A program made the position numbers and the translations under genes. From Lingula anatina (taxonomy: Eukaryota; Animalia; Brachiopoda): 64,000 bases of DNA. The notes beneath the pieces are model-generated. The model was not told the DNA's origin. It did no database searches and was given only the letters and a program-made list of their open reading frames with translations. Shown piece after piece: positions 13,301 through 24,690 of the stretch. Where the stretch lies: assembly GCA_051362555.1 (NCBI GenBank), contig CM120646.1, positions 124,001 to 188,000 on the forward strand, read 5' to 3'. Positions within the stretch are counted from its first letter, which is position 1; each line of letters opens with the position of its first letter.

Positions 13301-16300
13301 CCCCCCCCCCCCCCGCAGCTTCAGTAGACGTGACAGACATCTAAGCTGCTTAAGTTGATCGCAATTTATCTAGAATCTCCAGTTAGTAGGATAGGGTCCA
13401 GGTATGGTCCCTTAATCTGGACTTAAAGCAATTGAGCGGTGATAGTTGCCTACATTGATTTTTATCTCCATCTGTAAGATCTATATTTATCATGGGTGGT
13501 TATTGTGTTACGTTATAGAAATAAGGAGGATTTCATGAGAGCAGAAAGAAATTTTGAAGACAGCATAAAAGTCAGGCTCTTAACTAGTCTGTGATTTCCT
13601 CTTTGTTCTAGTTTCATACAAACTGTGTTAGAGCAGCACTTGTGCTTAGTTTCTATGTAAAAACCTGACCAGTGCCATTTTGTCTCTACTTTATACTGAA
13701 ATAAAGTGTGTGTCTTAAATATTTTAAAATGATAGTTATCATAATGATATTTGCTTAAAATCTAAAAAAAAAAAGAAACCTTCAGTATCAAAACATAGGA
13801 TTTATATGGAAACAAAATGGCACTGATTTTCTTCATGTTGTGTCCCTGTCTGCTTGCTTTCATCAGCTTTCCTTATTATCTTGATTTGTATTTACTTTAT
13901 TTATTATCAACATCTAGATATTTAACTATTATAACTATTGTTAATAGCATTTACAAGTTATCCACATAATTAAGAAGCATCAAACATGACAGAATATAGG
14001 GTTTAGATTTTCAGAGGACACCTCAGAATCTTATAGTTTTCACATTCTCTGGGACTTTATACATAGAATGTCAAAAGATGATACTTTGGTTATAATTACT
14101 GCTTAGAGGAGCATTTATAAATTTTGACAAACAGTTGGGAGACAAATATGAACACAACTTATTTTTGCCTAATTAATCATGAACTATCTGAACTGTTGAA
14201 ATTTAACAGAAGGAAAAAATAGACAGTCATGGTTAGTTTGCCTCCCATGTTCATACAAGGCATCTCAACAATCCAGCCACTTATCTGTGAATGTTATTTC
14301 AGGGAATGCATGAACTTTTGGCACCTCTGATATTTGTGCTCCACTGCGATCACCAGGCTTTCCTTCACGCCACTGAGATGGAATCAGTAGAGTAAGTAGA
14401 CACTAGTATTATCAAACAAATAGAGCTCAGTACTTCCTTCATGTCAGGGAGATGGAATCAGTAGAGTAAGTAGACACTAGTATTATCAAACATATAGAGC
14501 TCAGCAATTTCTTCATGTCACCAAGATGGAATCAGTAGAGTAAGTAGACATTATTATCAAACAAATAGAGCTCAGCACTTTCTTCATGTCACCAAGATGG
14601 AATCAGTAGAGTAAGTAGACACTAGTATTATCAAACAAATAGAGCTCAGTGCTTCCTTCATGTCAGGGAGATGATGTCAATAGAGTAAGTAGACACTAGT
14701 ATTATCAAACAAATAGAGCTCAGTACTTCCTTCATGTCAGGGAGATGAAGTCAGTAGAGTAAGTAGACACAAGGATTAAACAAGCAAACAGAGAATAGTT
14801 CCCAGTGAGAGTAAATAAGACCTCTTGAAGAATGGTAAGCCTGTAATTGGACAGTTCCAGTGCCCTGTTCTGTACAGTATGTGTGTGTGTGTATTTAATG
14901 GTGCTATGACCATTCACTATTGTGGTTGATTTGGCATGATTTCTGATATTTTAGCCAGTTTTTAAGATTTTAATTTATGAGATATTTTCAGAACCAACTC
15001 TTTTTAATTTTAAAAAATGGTTATGATTATTTTATGTAATTGTTTTGCAACTATCTTTTTATTGCAGTCAGTTTCCTGATGATCAAAGGTTTGAGATTTT
15101 TTTTTTTTATTCTGTTAAATGACCACATCAGCACCCGCATCTCCTCATTGCCTGTATACTAACAGCAGTTAACATGTCCCCTTGAAGATTTTTTTTAAAC
15201 ATTTCTCTTTCAACAGAATTAAGTTTGCCATGTGTTGTGCTGCAATGCTTATTCTGTACTAACCATTTCTTAGTTTTCATTAAGAAGAAGACTTGATATT
15301 ATTTATAATACCTCGATTATAATTAATCATTGAAGCCTTGGGTTGAATTTTGATTAATTGCTTTTTGCCCTGAAATTTGTTTTTGTTGTTCTCTTCTACT
15401 AACCAGTTTCTTTGTTTTCTTAAGTGGATATTGTTTATGAACTATTTCAACATTAATATCTAATATCCCACTCCTGTCGTTTCAGTCCACACTGTAACAT
15501 TATAGCAATCGCTCCTGGTCTTAATAAGCCTTTATCAGTTCATCACCTTTTTTACTTTGTTATAAAAAATGCTAGCACAGAGGAAAAATGGAATGAATTT
15601 ATATGTATAATTTATCCCTGAATTTTGCATATTCATCTATATGTTAAAGTACATCAGTCAAGTGACATGGTTAATCTAGTTCACATCTTAGAGTGGCTTG
15701 CTATACTGACCACCTGTGCATAATGGTTTCAGGGGCATGCAGGCTTGTATTGCTGCATGCTGCCATCTATAATATTGTCACTAAAAAAAAGGCCTGCTCA
15801 GACTAGAACTTTTACGATGACAATAATATCTATGAGCCTTTCCGCTTGGCCTCAGAATTTGCTTATCTGAGTCATTTTGGTTAACTAATTAACAGAAGTT
15901 TGCCTGTTTTTCACAGTCTCAATTCAGTCTTGTCTGAACAGAACAAAAGAGCAGTGTAAAACATTGTCATGTAATGTGTTACCATGGTGCAGTATGGCAC
16001 AGGACTCACAGCCATGTTCATGGAATATCTCATCTCACTACTAAAGTTTCAGAAAGAAATTTAAACTACACTTTATAATAACATTTGGCCATAATTTAAC
16101 ATAAACAAAATCTACTTTCTCTTTCAGAGACATAGTGAAAGAGTTACTCGACCCACGCTACATTGAACATGATGCATAGTAAGTAAATATAAATATATGT
16201 AAACCTCCCTAGCTCTGTATTTTACCTTTAAGTTATGTCTGTTGTAATACTGATATGCTGGAAAGAGCCTACAGATCTGACTATATATGTATATATATAT

Positions 16301-18504
16301 GAATTGAAATTGTGCCTTTGAAATTCTTTCATGAACATTGTTATCTTGTAAAAATCAAAGTCTTGTGAAAAGGTTATTTTTATAAAGTTTTTGTTTATGG
16401 AAGTGTCTTTTATTTATTTATAAATTGTCTTCCAGCACAATGTTCTGTCAGATTATGGAGACTGTGGAACCATGGTATATTTATTTATTTATTTGTATAT
16501 TATTTATTCATTTATTTATTTATTTATTTATCTTCCAGCACAATGTTCTGTCAGATAATGGAGTATTCATTCATTTATTTATTTATCTTCTAGCACAATG
16601 TTCTGTCAGATAATGGAGACTGTGGAACCATGGTATATTTCCAAAGAAATTTACCCAAACAAGGTATAAAAACATTTTCCTGCTTTTATATGCAAAGTAG
16701 GCTTGCTTTAGTCTGGTTAAAGTAGGCTCAAATCCTTATGAACTTCTCCTTAACCTCATCCTGGTGTGACATTTTAACCGAATGCTCAACTGATCTTTAT
16801 ACAATGAACAAAAATGTGAGATATGTTACTGTTTTAAACCATTTTTATGGGTTTAGTTAACTATTTTGGTCTGGGCAAATAACATAAATAATAGATTTTG
16901 GCTAAAAATGGATAATTAGGTGAAAAAGGCATTTCATCGTGGGATGAGGCTTGAATACGATATATCGCAGATACTTTTCAGTTAGGTAAGTTTAATAAAC
17001 ATTACCAAATACTTCATTCTTTTTCAAAACCTATAATTTCCTTGTTCTTCACATTTTGGCAAATCACAAAAAGACCCCTGAAAATGAACTCAACTCACTT
17101 TTAAACCATTCTTTGGGGAAATATGATTTTATCATTTTTTTCTGACTTGAAAAATTTGGAATAATAACCATATCACATCTTAATTCATTCCCAGAAGCAA
17201 GGAATCATTCATGCCCAGCCATTTGTGAAGCTACAGGATCTGCCGTCTAACGTCATCGTGAATAAACTGATCCGTATCCAGGACTACATCCTGAAGAAGT
17301 ATGACATTGAGTTGCACATGCATCTGGAGAGACTGGAGATTGCGCCGCAGATCTACGGAATGTAAGTGAGAGAGAGAGAGAGAGAGAGAGGGGTAAGGGA
17401 AGAGAGAGAGGGGGATAGAGATATCATCACAGTTCAATAGAATTTATTTAAATGATATAACCTTTTGTTTTCAGACGCTGGGTTCGACTTTTATTTGGCA
17501 GGGAGTTCCCGATGCAGGATCTGCTGGTATTATGGGATGCAATATTTGCTGATGGGATCTCCTTTGACCTGGTGGACTATGTGTTTGTGTCCATGTTACT
17601 GTACATCAGAGACTTGTGTGAGTACATATTTGGTTGCTGACCTATTCTTCAGAATGCACATGAAAAAAGCAAGCTGTTTAAACAGAAGTCCTCCTTCATG
17701 GTATATACTGTTTTTATGTTTTTAATGGAAGCTAATGTGTGTTCATTTTTAATTCCACAAGTTGAGAACCTTATTTTCAGATCATTGTAGTTTACATCAG
17801 TAAGATTTCTCTCTTTATATTCTTTGTAGTGTTAACAGGAGACTATGTAACCTGCCTGACCAGTCTAATGTTATATTTCTCTCTTTATATTGTATAGTGT
17901 TAACAGGAGACTATGTAACCTGCCTGACCAGTCTAATGTTATATTTCTCTCTTTATATTGTATAGTGTTAACAGGAGACTATGTAACCTGCCTGACCAGT
18001 CTAATGTTATATTTCTCTCTTTATATTGTATAGTGTTAACAGGAGACTATGTAACCTGCCTGACCAGTCTAATGTTATATTTCTCTCTTTATATTGTATA
18101 GTGTTAACAGGAGACTATGTAACCTGCCTGACCAGTCTAATGTTATATTTCTCTCTTTATATTGTATAGTGTTAACAGGAGACTATGTAACCTGCCTGAC
18201 CAGTCTAATGTTATATTTCTCTCTTTATATTGTATAGTGTTAACAGGAGACTATGTAACCTGCCTGACCAGTCTAATGAAGTACCCACCTGTAGGTGACA
18301 TCAACTACATGATAGAAAAGGCTTTGTACCTGAGGGAACCAAATGTAAGTGTGAGGGGGCGGCGGGGGGGGGGGGGGGGATATCTATCTGTTTTCACTGC
18401 TGCTTTTCTCCCTGTCTACATATCTTTGTGTATCCAATCTGCCCATATGTGTCTTAACATCTTTGAAAATTTATATGCGTGCTGAAACATTGACAAATTG
18501 AATT

Positions 18505-18572
<68 letters not shown>

Positions 18573-21516
18573 TTAAATTCAAATTAATTCCACCACCTTG
18601 TCATCATTTGTTGTTATTGTCTACATACAGGACAGACCTAAACCTCCAAACTACACATACCAAATACCCAATGCAGCCAAGAAGAGGAGAGATCAAAACA
18701 AAAGTAAGTGTACGAAATTCAGATTAAAGCATTTCTCTTTAAAAGATTTAAGCTACATTGTTTAGTATACATGCATGTTATAATTTTATTAAATAATGTG
18801 TAAATAAAAACTGTTGTCTATTATTCCTTTTCACATAGGCAATATTTGAAAGATGCATTGAGATCTTTAAAAAAAATTAGAAGAGATGAGAAAAACTTGG
18901 CGTCAGTAACATATTTTGCTATCAGCATTCAAGCAAACAGTGAAAGTTCTATAGTAAAATAAAGCTTTACATTTGTCTGATATTTTAGTAACAGCCAGTA
19001 ATTTAGCTGAGAAGATTAAGTCGAGCTTTAACGCTTCAAGTTTTGCTACGCTGACTAGACGAGGAGGAAGCAATCGACCACAGACTATTTCAACGAATCA
19101 AAAGATCTCCAAGTCATCTAGTGAACCAATGAACCTTGTGACAGACAAATCACCAGGTATAGATGGCAGCTGTTGCTTGTCATGGATTGACACTAGATGG
19201 CAGCATTGTATTATATTATATTATAGGTGGAACCACTGTTCCCAGTAGCTGCCATATCATACCCAGATCCATTTCTAATCTAGCATACATTATGAATTAA
19301 ATATTTGCACTTAAAAGCATTTTCTTAATAGCTAACATTTATAACCATAACACTTAAAAATTGATATTTCTTCATGAACAATTAAGTATTATGAACATTG
19401 AACCAATAAGATTTGCAATAAGTGTAACAGTTGTGGTTTGTTTGTGACAGCCATATTGACATTGTATAAATCACACCACTACAGATCAACCTGATAAACA
19501 CGTCTCCCCTTTCCTCACAGATAAAGAGAAGGCTCCCAGTGTACCGGGCAGTAAGAAGACAGGCTCCACTGCCAGTCTATCCAAGATAGAACAGATGACC
19601 ACTGGCCTGGACTCTACCAGTGTGGACAACACCCCCTCAGAGAGTAGCAGTAACAGCATGGCACGACTGGAGACAACGTCCAGCGCTGGTCAGCTGCCCA
19701 GTGGAGCAGTTAGTGGGGGAAGAGTGGAGCAGTTTGAGGCAGTCAACAGCAAGGGTCAGCCTATCAGACCACCGGGTACCCCTCCAACCAGACATAAGGG
19801 GAAGAAGTTTGCACCATCTGTAATGGTACGTTACAGCACAGGGCAAGAAGGGGGGGGGGGGGATAATCATACTAGCCTAACTTTCTATTTCATCAGAATG
19901 ATTATTGTATGACGAAATCAGTTGTGAATTAATTGTGCAAAGAAGTAGTGAGGTATTAATAAGAAAAATGAAACTTTTCAAAAAATCACTGAGGTTTTCA
20001 GTTTATTTAGTTAACTTGCTGTCTATATATCTCTGTCCTAGGAGTCTGAGCTGAGTCATAAACTGGCGTATGCCCAGGGCCAAGTCAATGATATGGAAGC
20101 TATGGCAAGATACTGTGCCAGTAAGATGGATATACACATAGGTAAGTGATGTATACATATGGAAGTCAGACACTGTGCCAGTAAGATGGATATACACATA
20201 GGTAAGTGATGTATACATATGGAAGTCAGATACTGTGCCAGTAAGATGGATATACACATAGGTAAGTGATGTATACATATGGAAGTCAGACACTGTGCCA
20301 GTAAGATGGATATACACATAGGTAAGTGATGTATACATATGGAAGTCAGATACTGTGCCAGTAAGATGGATATACACATAGGTAAGTGATGTATACATAT
20401 GGAAGTCAGATACTGTGCCAGTAAGATGGATATACACATAGGTAAGTGATGTATACATATGGAAGTCAGATACTGTGCCAGTAAGATGGATATACACATA
20501 GGTAAGTGATGTATACATATGGAAGTCAGATACTGTGCCAGTAAGATGGATATACACATAGGTAGGGAGTCCTTGATGTTTATGTTTAGTTTGTTTTATA
20601 TGTGTGTGTGCGTGTGTGTATGTGTGTGTCTTGATGAGTGAAGAAGTCTGTTGATTACCTAATCCAATGTTTTAGTCATATTTTGATCTTTTATACAGTT
20701 TTATTGATGGGGGACATGTTCTATCTTACAGAAAAGCTTCAGTCAGAGCTGCTACATCAGAACGTGGAGAATGAAGATGAAATACTCCTGTCTTTAGCTG
20801 GACTAAAGCAGGTACCTGACATCCTCATGATGGTTTAGTGTTTGTCTTAGGTGCACTCTTTTCTCAGGTGCACTGCATTTAATTGGTAACTCCAGACTGT
20901 TATAATTAATTGGTAACTCCCCACTCTTTTATCAGTCATTAAATTGGTAACTCCTGACTGAAATATCAAATAGTTTATAGTAACATTCACTGTGATGTCT
21001 TGTTTGAAGGTGCGTGACATTCTGAAGGGAACTCTCAAATTCCAAAGAGGTCTGGAGTCAGAAGAGTTTTCTATTAGAGAAAACCATTACCAAGAGGTAC
21101 ATCAGCAAGCTGAGTCATCATTGGACAGAAAGAAGTCAGATGACCAATTTTCAACATCTTCATCCAATCAAAATGGGACATTCAATATGCCTGCTGTACA
21201 GCAATTGTATGCTGGCAGCAGTGAGGATGGTTTTAGTGACAGTCCTTCCCCAGTTTTGGAGAACAAAACATTCTTGAGTGATAACCCTACTAACACACAT
21301 GGGCGATATGTTATTGAACCTTCCCCAAATTTTAGAGCTGACATTGTTATGGCTGGAAGTCCACAAACTAAGAAACGCTACAGTCACGATTTTAGCCGGC
21401 GCAGACACGGCAGCGGGAGAAGAAGCCACTCTGACTCAGAAGACGCTGCTGGTTTATTAGAAAGCTCAATGGAAGTACACAATCCTACTGGGAAGCTGAG
21501 TTTTGATTGGTCCTGA
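7367..21516 (+). CDS. TBC1D5: TBC1 domain family member 5 (Rab7 GAP, retromer-associated), multi-exon
   Basis: Exons: 7367-7406, 7916-8027, 8958-9066, 9398-9487, 9694-9765, 11187-11254, [11576-11678 or 12834-12939], 14303-14391, (15068-15088 optional), 16128-16178, 16594-16663, 17195-17361, 17475-17617, 18238-18344, 18631-18703, 18989-19156, 19521-19825, 20042-20141, 20732-20811, 21010-21516. All are GT-AG and phase-consistent, ~817 aa. Motifs match TBC1D5: EWERLF, LRSTRFRSVIWK, NNPLSQ, IKQDVIRT (Arg finger), YKQGMHELLAPLIFVLHCDHQAFLHA, PQIYGIRWVRLLFGREF, LAGLKQVRDILKGTLKF. The start codon is inferred. Confidence 0.93.
7969..8724 (+). repeat. 75-bp minisatellite, 10 copies of exon 3' end plus 5' splice site
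   Basis: tcctactg|GTaag/GTagg donors at 8028, 8104, 8179, 8254, 8329, 8404, 8479, 8554, 8629, 8704. Confidence 0.9.
9727..10948 (+). repeat. 75-bp minisatellite, ~9 copies of exon 3' end (DLSVNNPLSQAEE) plus donor, interrupted by a MITE
   Basis: gaggag|GTatgt donors at 9766, 9841, 9916/10474 (split by the MITE), 10549, 10624, 10699, 10774, 10849, 10924. Confidence 0.9.
9919..10471. mobile_element. ~550-bp MITE with ~110-bp TIRs and 5-bp TSD AGGTA
   Basis: CAGGCCTAACCAACTACCAG ... CTGGTAGTTGGTTAGGCCTG, with aggta at 9914-9918 and 10472-10476. Close second copy at 31509-32059. Confidence 0.9.
11576..11678 (+). CDS. TBC1D5: TBC1D5 Gln-finger exon, variant A (YPRIEFFHSNKVRNMMVDGLFIYAKIKPDVSYRQ)
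   Basis: cattgcAG|c...tatagacag|GTtatt; 103 nt, phase 2 to 0, open frame, ends in YxQ. Confidence 0.75.
12834..12939 (+). CDS. TBC1D5: TBC1D5 Gln-finger exon, variant B (FPELEFFQHDKHGVQPMMVKILFCFARATDSKYKQ)
   Basis: attttAG|t...tacaagcag|GTttgt; 106 nt, phase 2 to 0, open frame, ends in YxQ. Confidence 0.8.
13165..13402. mobile_element. Palindromic MITE-like element; related copy at ~51180-51370 and a more distant one at ~37722-37932
   Basis: gctaaattgc...ttaagcggcttagatgtctg is mirrored by cagacatctaagctgcttaag...gcaattta. The same arms recur at 51200-51360. Confidence 0.6.
14358..14770 (+). repeat. ~74-bp minisatellite, 6 copies of exon 3' end plus donor
   Basis: (g)taga|GTaagt donors at 14392, 14466, 14540, 14611, 14685, 14759. 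Confidence 0.85.
15068..15088 (+). CDS. TBC1D5: Candidate 21-nt frame-preserving TBC1D5 microexon (DQFPDDQR when spliced)
   Basis: ctatctttttattgcAG|tcagtttcctgatgatcaaag|GTttga; phase 2 to 2 matches the flanking exons, no stop. Confidence 0.45.
16426..16640 (+). repeat. Triplicated 3' splice site plus exon start separated by (ATTT)n
   Basis: AG|cacaatgttctgtcagat at 16436, 16539, 16594; only the last continues as the full exon. Confidence 0.8.
17805..18278 (+). repeat. 68-bp minisatellite, 7 copies of polypyrimidine tract, acceptor and exon start
   Basis: tAG|tgttaacaggagac acceptors ending at 17829, 17897, 17965, 18033, 18101, 18169, 18237. Confidence 0.9.
18508..18571. repeat. (CT)n microsatellite
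   Basis: Direct reading. Confidence 0.9.
20108..20564 (+). repeat. 60-bp minisatellite, 8 copies of exon 3' end plus donor
   Basis: cacatag|GTaagt every 60 bp from 20142 to 20502; the last copy is GTaggg at 20562. Confidence 0.9.
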
Positions 21517-22527
21517 GAAATATTTAAAAAAAAAAAAAGTTTTATTGTGTTGGGGTCACAATATTTCTTTAATGTGTCATTGTACTAGTACATGTTAGCA
21601 CTATTTCATGTCTGAGAGAATGAGCATTAAATAATTGTGGTTAGTTTCTTTGATTTCTATTTTCCTTACAAATTGCCAAGAAGTTAAAACCAATGAAATG
21701 TCTGTTAGAGCTTCCATTTTTACTTCATTGAAGAGGATAAATACAGGTATATTAAGATATTTATGTTGTCTGAATTATGCCAGTATTGTATGATAATCTT
21801 TGTGGTATCAGTGGATAGAAGATGAACCCAAAGACAAACTTCTAGTTGTCAGTGCTACTGCAATAACTTCATTTCTGGAAAAAAGGTGCTATTGCTTACA
21901 CTGAATTTAGGGAAAAGTGCAACTTAACATTTTCAAATAATATTGTTTTAATTACACTAAAGTGTACCATTGTCATACTTAATTTCCAAGTAAGAGAAGG
22001 AATGAAGTGAAGAGAAAAATGAGATGACAAGGAAGTGTTCACCACACTGGTCAAGATAAGTGAGTTAGAGTTTCTGAGCCGTGACCTGTGTGTATTTAGA
22101 CACAACCTTCACTTTTGAAAGAAGTTACATGCCATTTCAGATGGTAAACTGGCATTATGAATATTGGTAAGTCATATGCTAGAATTGGGTCATATGACAT
22201 ATGTATTAAAGAAGTAATAAATGCAATCATTCACAGTATATCTTCATGAACTGATCACTGTATAGTTGTCAACATAGCAGTCCACATTCCAGTGTTAAGT
22301 CTTTTGTATTTCATATGTAGGTAAAGTAGGCTTGGTTTCCCCACTAGCTCCCCCTAGCAGCTTTGATAGGCTCCAGTAATGCAAATGATGCCAAAGATTG
22401 GGATTCTACAAATGGATGGATATAATAAAGATTGTTAAAAGTCTCTACCCATTTGCAATTATAGGTTTATTTTTAAATCATATTTGTTCAGTGCTCAACA
22501 AAGTTCATGAAAGTAATGAAGTTCCAA

Positions 22528-22571
<44 letters not shown>
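22528..22571. repeat. (TTA)n microsatellite
   Basis: Direct reading; explains the poly-Leu ORF. Confidence 0.9.
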
Positions 22572-22573
<2 letters not shown>

Positions 22574-24690
22574 ATACAGATTAAAATGTCAAATCCAGGA
22601 CAGTGTATTGAAGGCAAATGCAGTGTACTTCAATTTAGAGAGAACCAAATCTGTAAAAGCACTGTAAGTGATCATTGAAAATAACACATTGTACATGGGG
22701 ATGTGATCTACATCAAGTAGGATGAAGTCAGAATGCAGGAGCAATTTTCTAAACTTTTAGGGTAACGTGAGTGTAGAACTGTGCAATTCATAACTTCTGT
22801 GAAAATTTTCATATAAACTGATTCTTGTATTTCAAATGTTTTTCGTTTAATTTCCTTCAAGTGTTGTGATGCTTTATAAACTTTTAAGATCATTTGAAAT
22901 GTTAATTGTATTTTATTGTAATTAGAATATTTTGAATGTTGTAATAGTGACATTATGTTCAGATCATTGGTTACATAGAGACTAAATCTTCTCTCACTGG
23001 AGGTTATGTCATGGATTCTGGGTAGAAAGGTTTAGGAGACCATTTTAAAGTGGCCAACAGTGGTGGGGTCTTTTTAATTTCAGTGAGTGTCACAATGCTG
23101 ATTTTCAACAGTTGCTGTGATTGCTAAACCCCTCATTTCAGTCCACTGAGCTATGCTGCTCACTAAGTCCAAACATGATGTGAGACAAGATAATGTAAAA
23201 ATCATGCTGAAGATTAACTTTACTTACGTTTACAGTTAACACTCTTATGATTGTTCCTTAAAATTATCACCATTTCTCATTTAAGATTAATGATATTACT
23301 ATATCAAGTCTAGTTTGTTCATAGAGTGGAGTTCTGTAGAGACAAGAGTTCTTTGGGATTATGACACTAAATGCAGTAAGCTACAAACCAAATGTGCAAT
23401 TTTTGTTTTCTGTATAAAACACTTTAAACAAATTAAAGGAGGAAATTTGCAAGTATTAATTTCTTGAAATTTCATACAGTATTACTCTGATGAGCATGTG
23501 TCAGTTTCATTGTGTTTATTCTGGAAATATAATGGCTGGAAATATTGAAATATAATGGCTACACTGTGTGCAGAAATATACTGCAGACCATATGAAATCA
23601 CATTTCTTCACATTTAATGGATACACTGGAAAAGAAAAATACAGATTTGGAAATGTGTAATGGTAACATTATCATAATAATTGCACAAATACTGAACTAA
23701 AAACTTTGCAGTCTAAGTTCTTAATTCTCCCCTTCTCTCTCCAAGGTGTGACAAAGATGTTCACACACTGATCTTCTACCCTTACAGCATAAAGTACAGC
23801 TCTTCAGGGTGGTGTAAAATATTTGTTACAATATTTAAAATTCAACTGATATAAATAAAATTCCACTAAATAATATTGCCTTAAATATAAAACAATATTC
23901 AAACAACCATTCATAATTACACATAAAGACATTGAATATTTCTTTGGTAACTACATTTGTCCAGCAATCCTGGTATGGCTCAACACATGGAATGATAGAC
24001 AATAAAACACTTAAAACTCTAGTCAATGCATTGCATATATTTGTTTAGAGGCATACCAGGCAAAAATTGTGGGGTGTTAAAATAATTTTTTTTTTGTTTG
24101 TTTGTTATTTATGGACATCATTATTATTAGTTGCAGTTCATAAACTTTATAATGATTATATTCTTAAAAGAGGGAAAGCATTAAGTTGACATCATAGACC
24201 ACAACGTGAGATTAAAGTTCAATTTTAATTTGCCATGACAAATATCAAACTATGCCTAGTAAATACACATAGGATGGTGTTCTGAATGACTAAGGTGCTG
24301 TGTTTGACAAATGAGGATTAAGAAAATTGAAATGAAATGCTAGAAAGTAAGATGGGATGTTTCATCCCCATAAATTTGCCTCTTACACCTTGCCTGGTCT
24401 CTTTAAATGCCTTGGTTCCTAGCAACCCAATTAAAGACGATAGTTTAAAACTGAGATATAAAACTTCAGAATATGATCACTGAGCTGAAGAAATAATGAA
24501 AATATCTCAGTGTCCTGAGCTACCTAATATTCCACACTTTTCCACACGTTTATAATTGAATCTTTTACACTACAGAATGTTACCACTTTGTTCCACTTCT
24601 TATGATCATATTATGCCCATTCATGTTTTATAATTCAGCAAGTTCTGTTGTCCTATCTTGCAAATTAATGCCACCTATGGAGTATTTCCA

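Noticed and set aside
20003-20559. 184-aa and 167-aa minus-strand repeat ORFs
   Set aside because: Antisense readings of the 60-bp minisatellite.
7969-20564. Regular repeats resembling CRISPR arrays
   Set aside because: The units are contiguous with no unique spacers, the context is eukaryotic introns and there are no cas genes.
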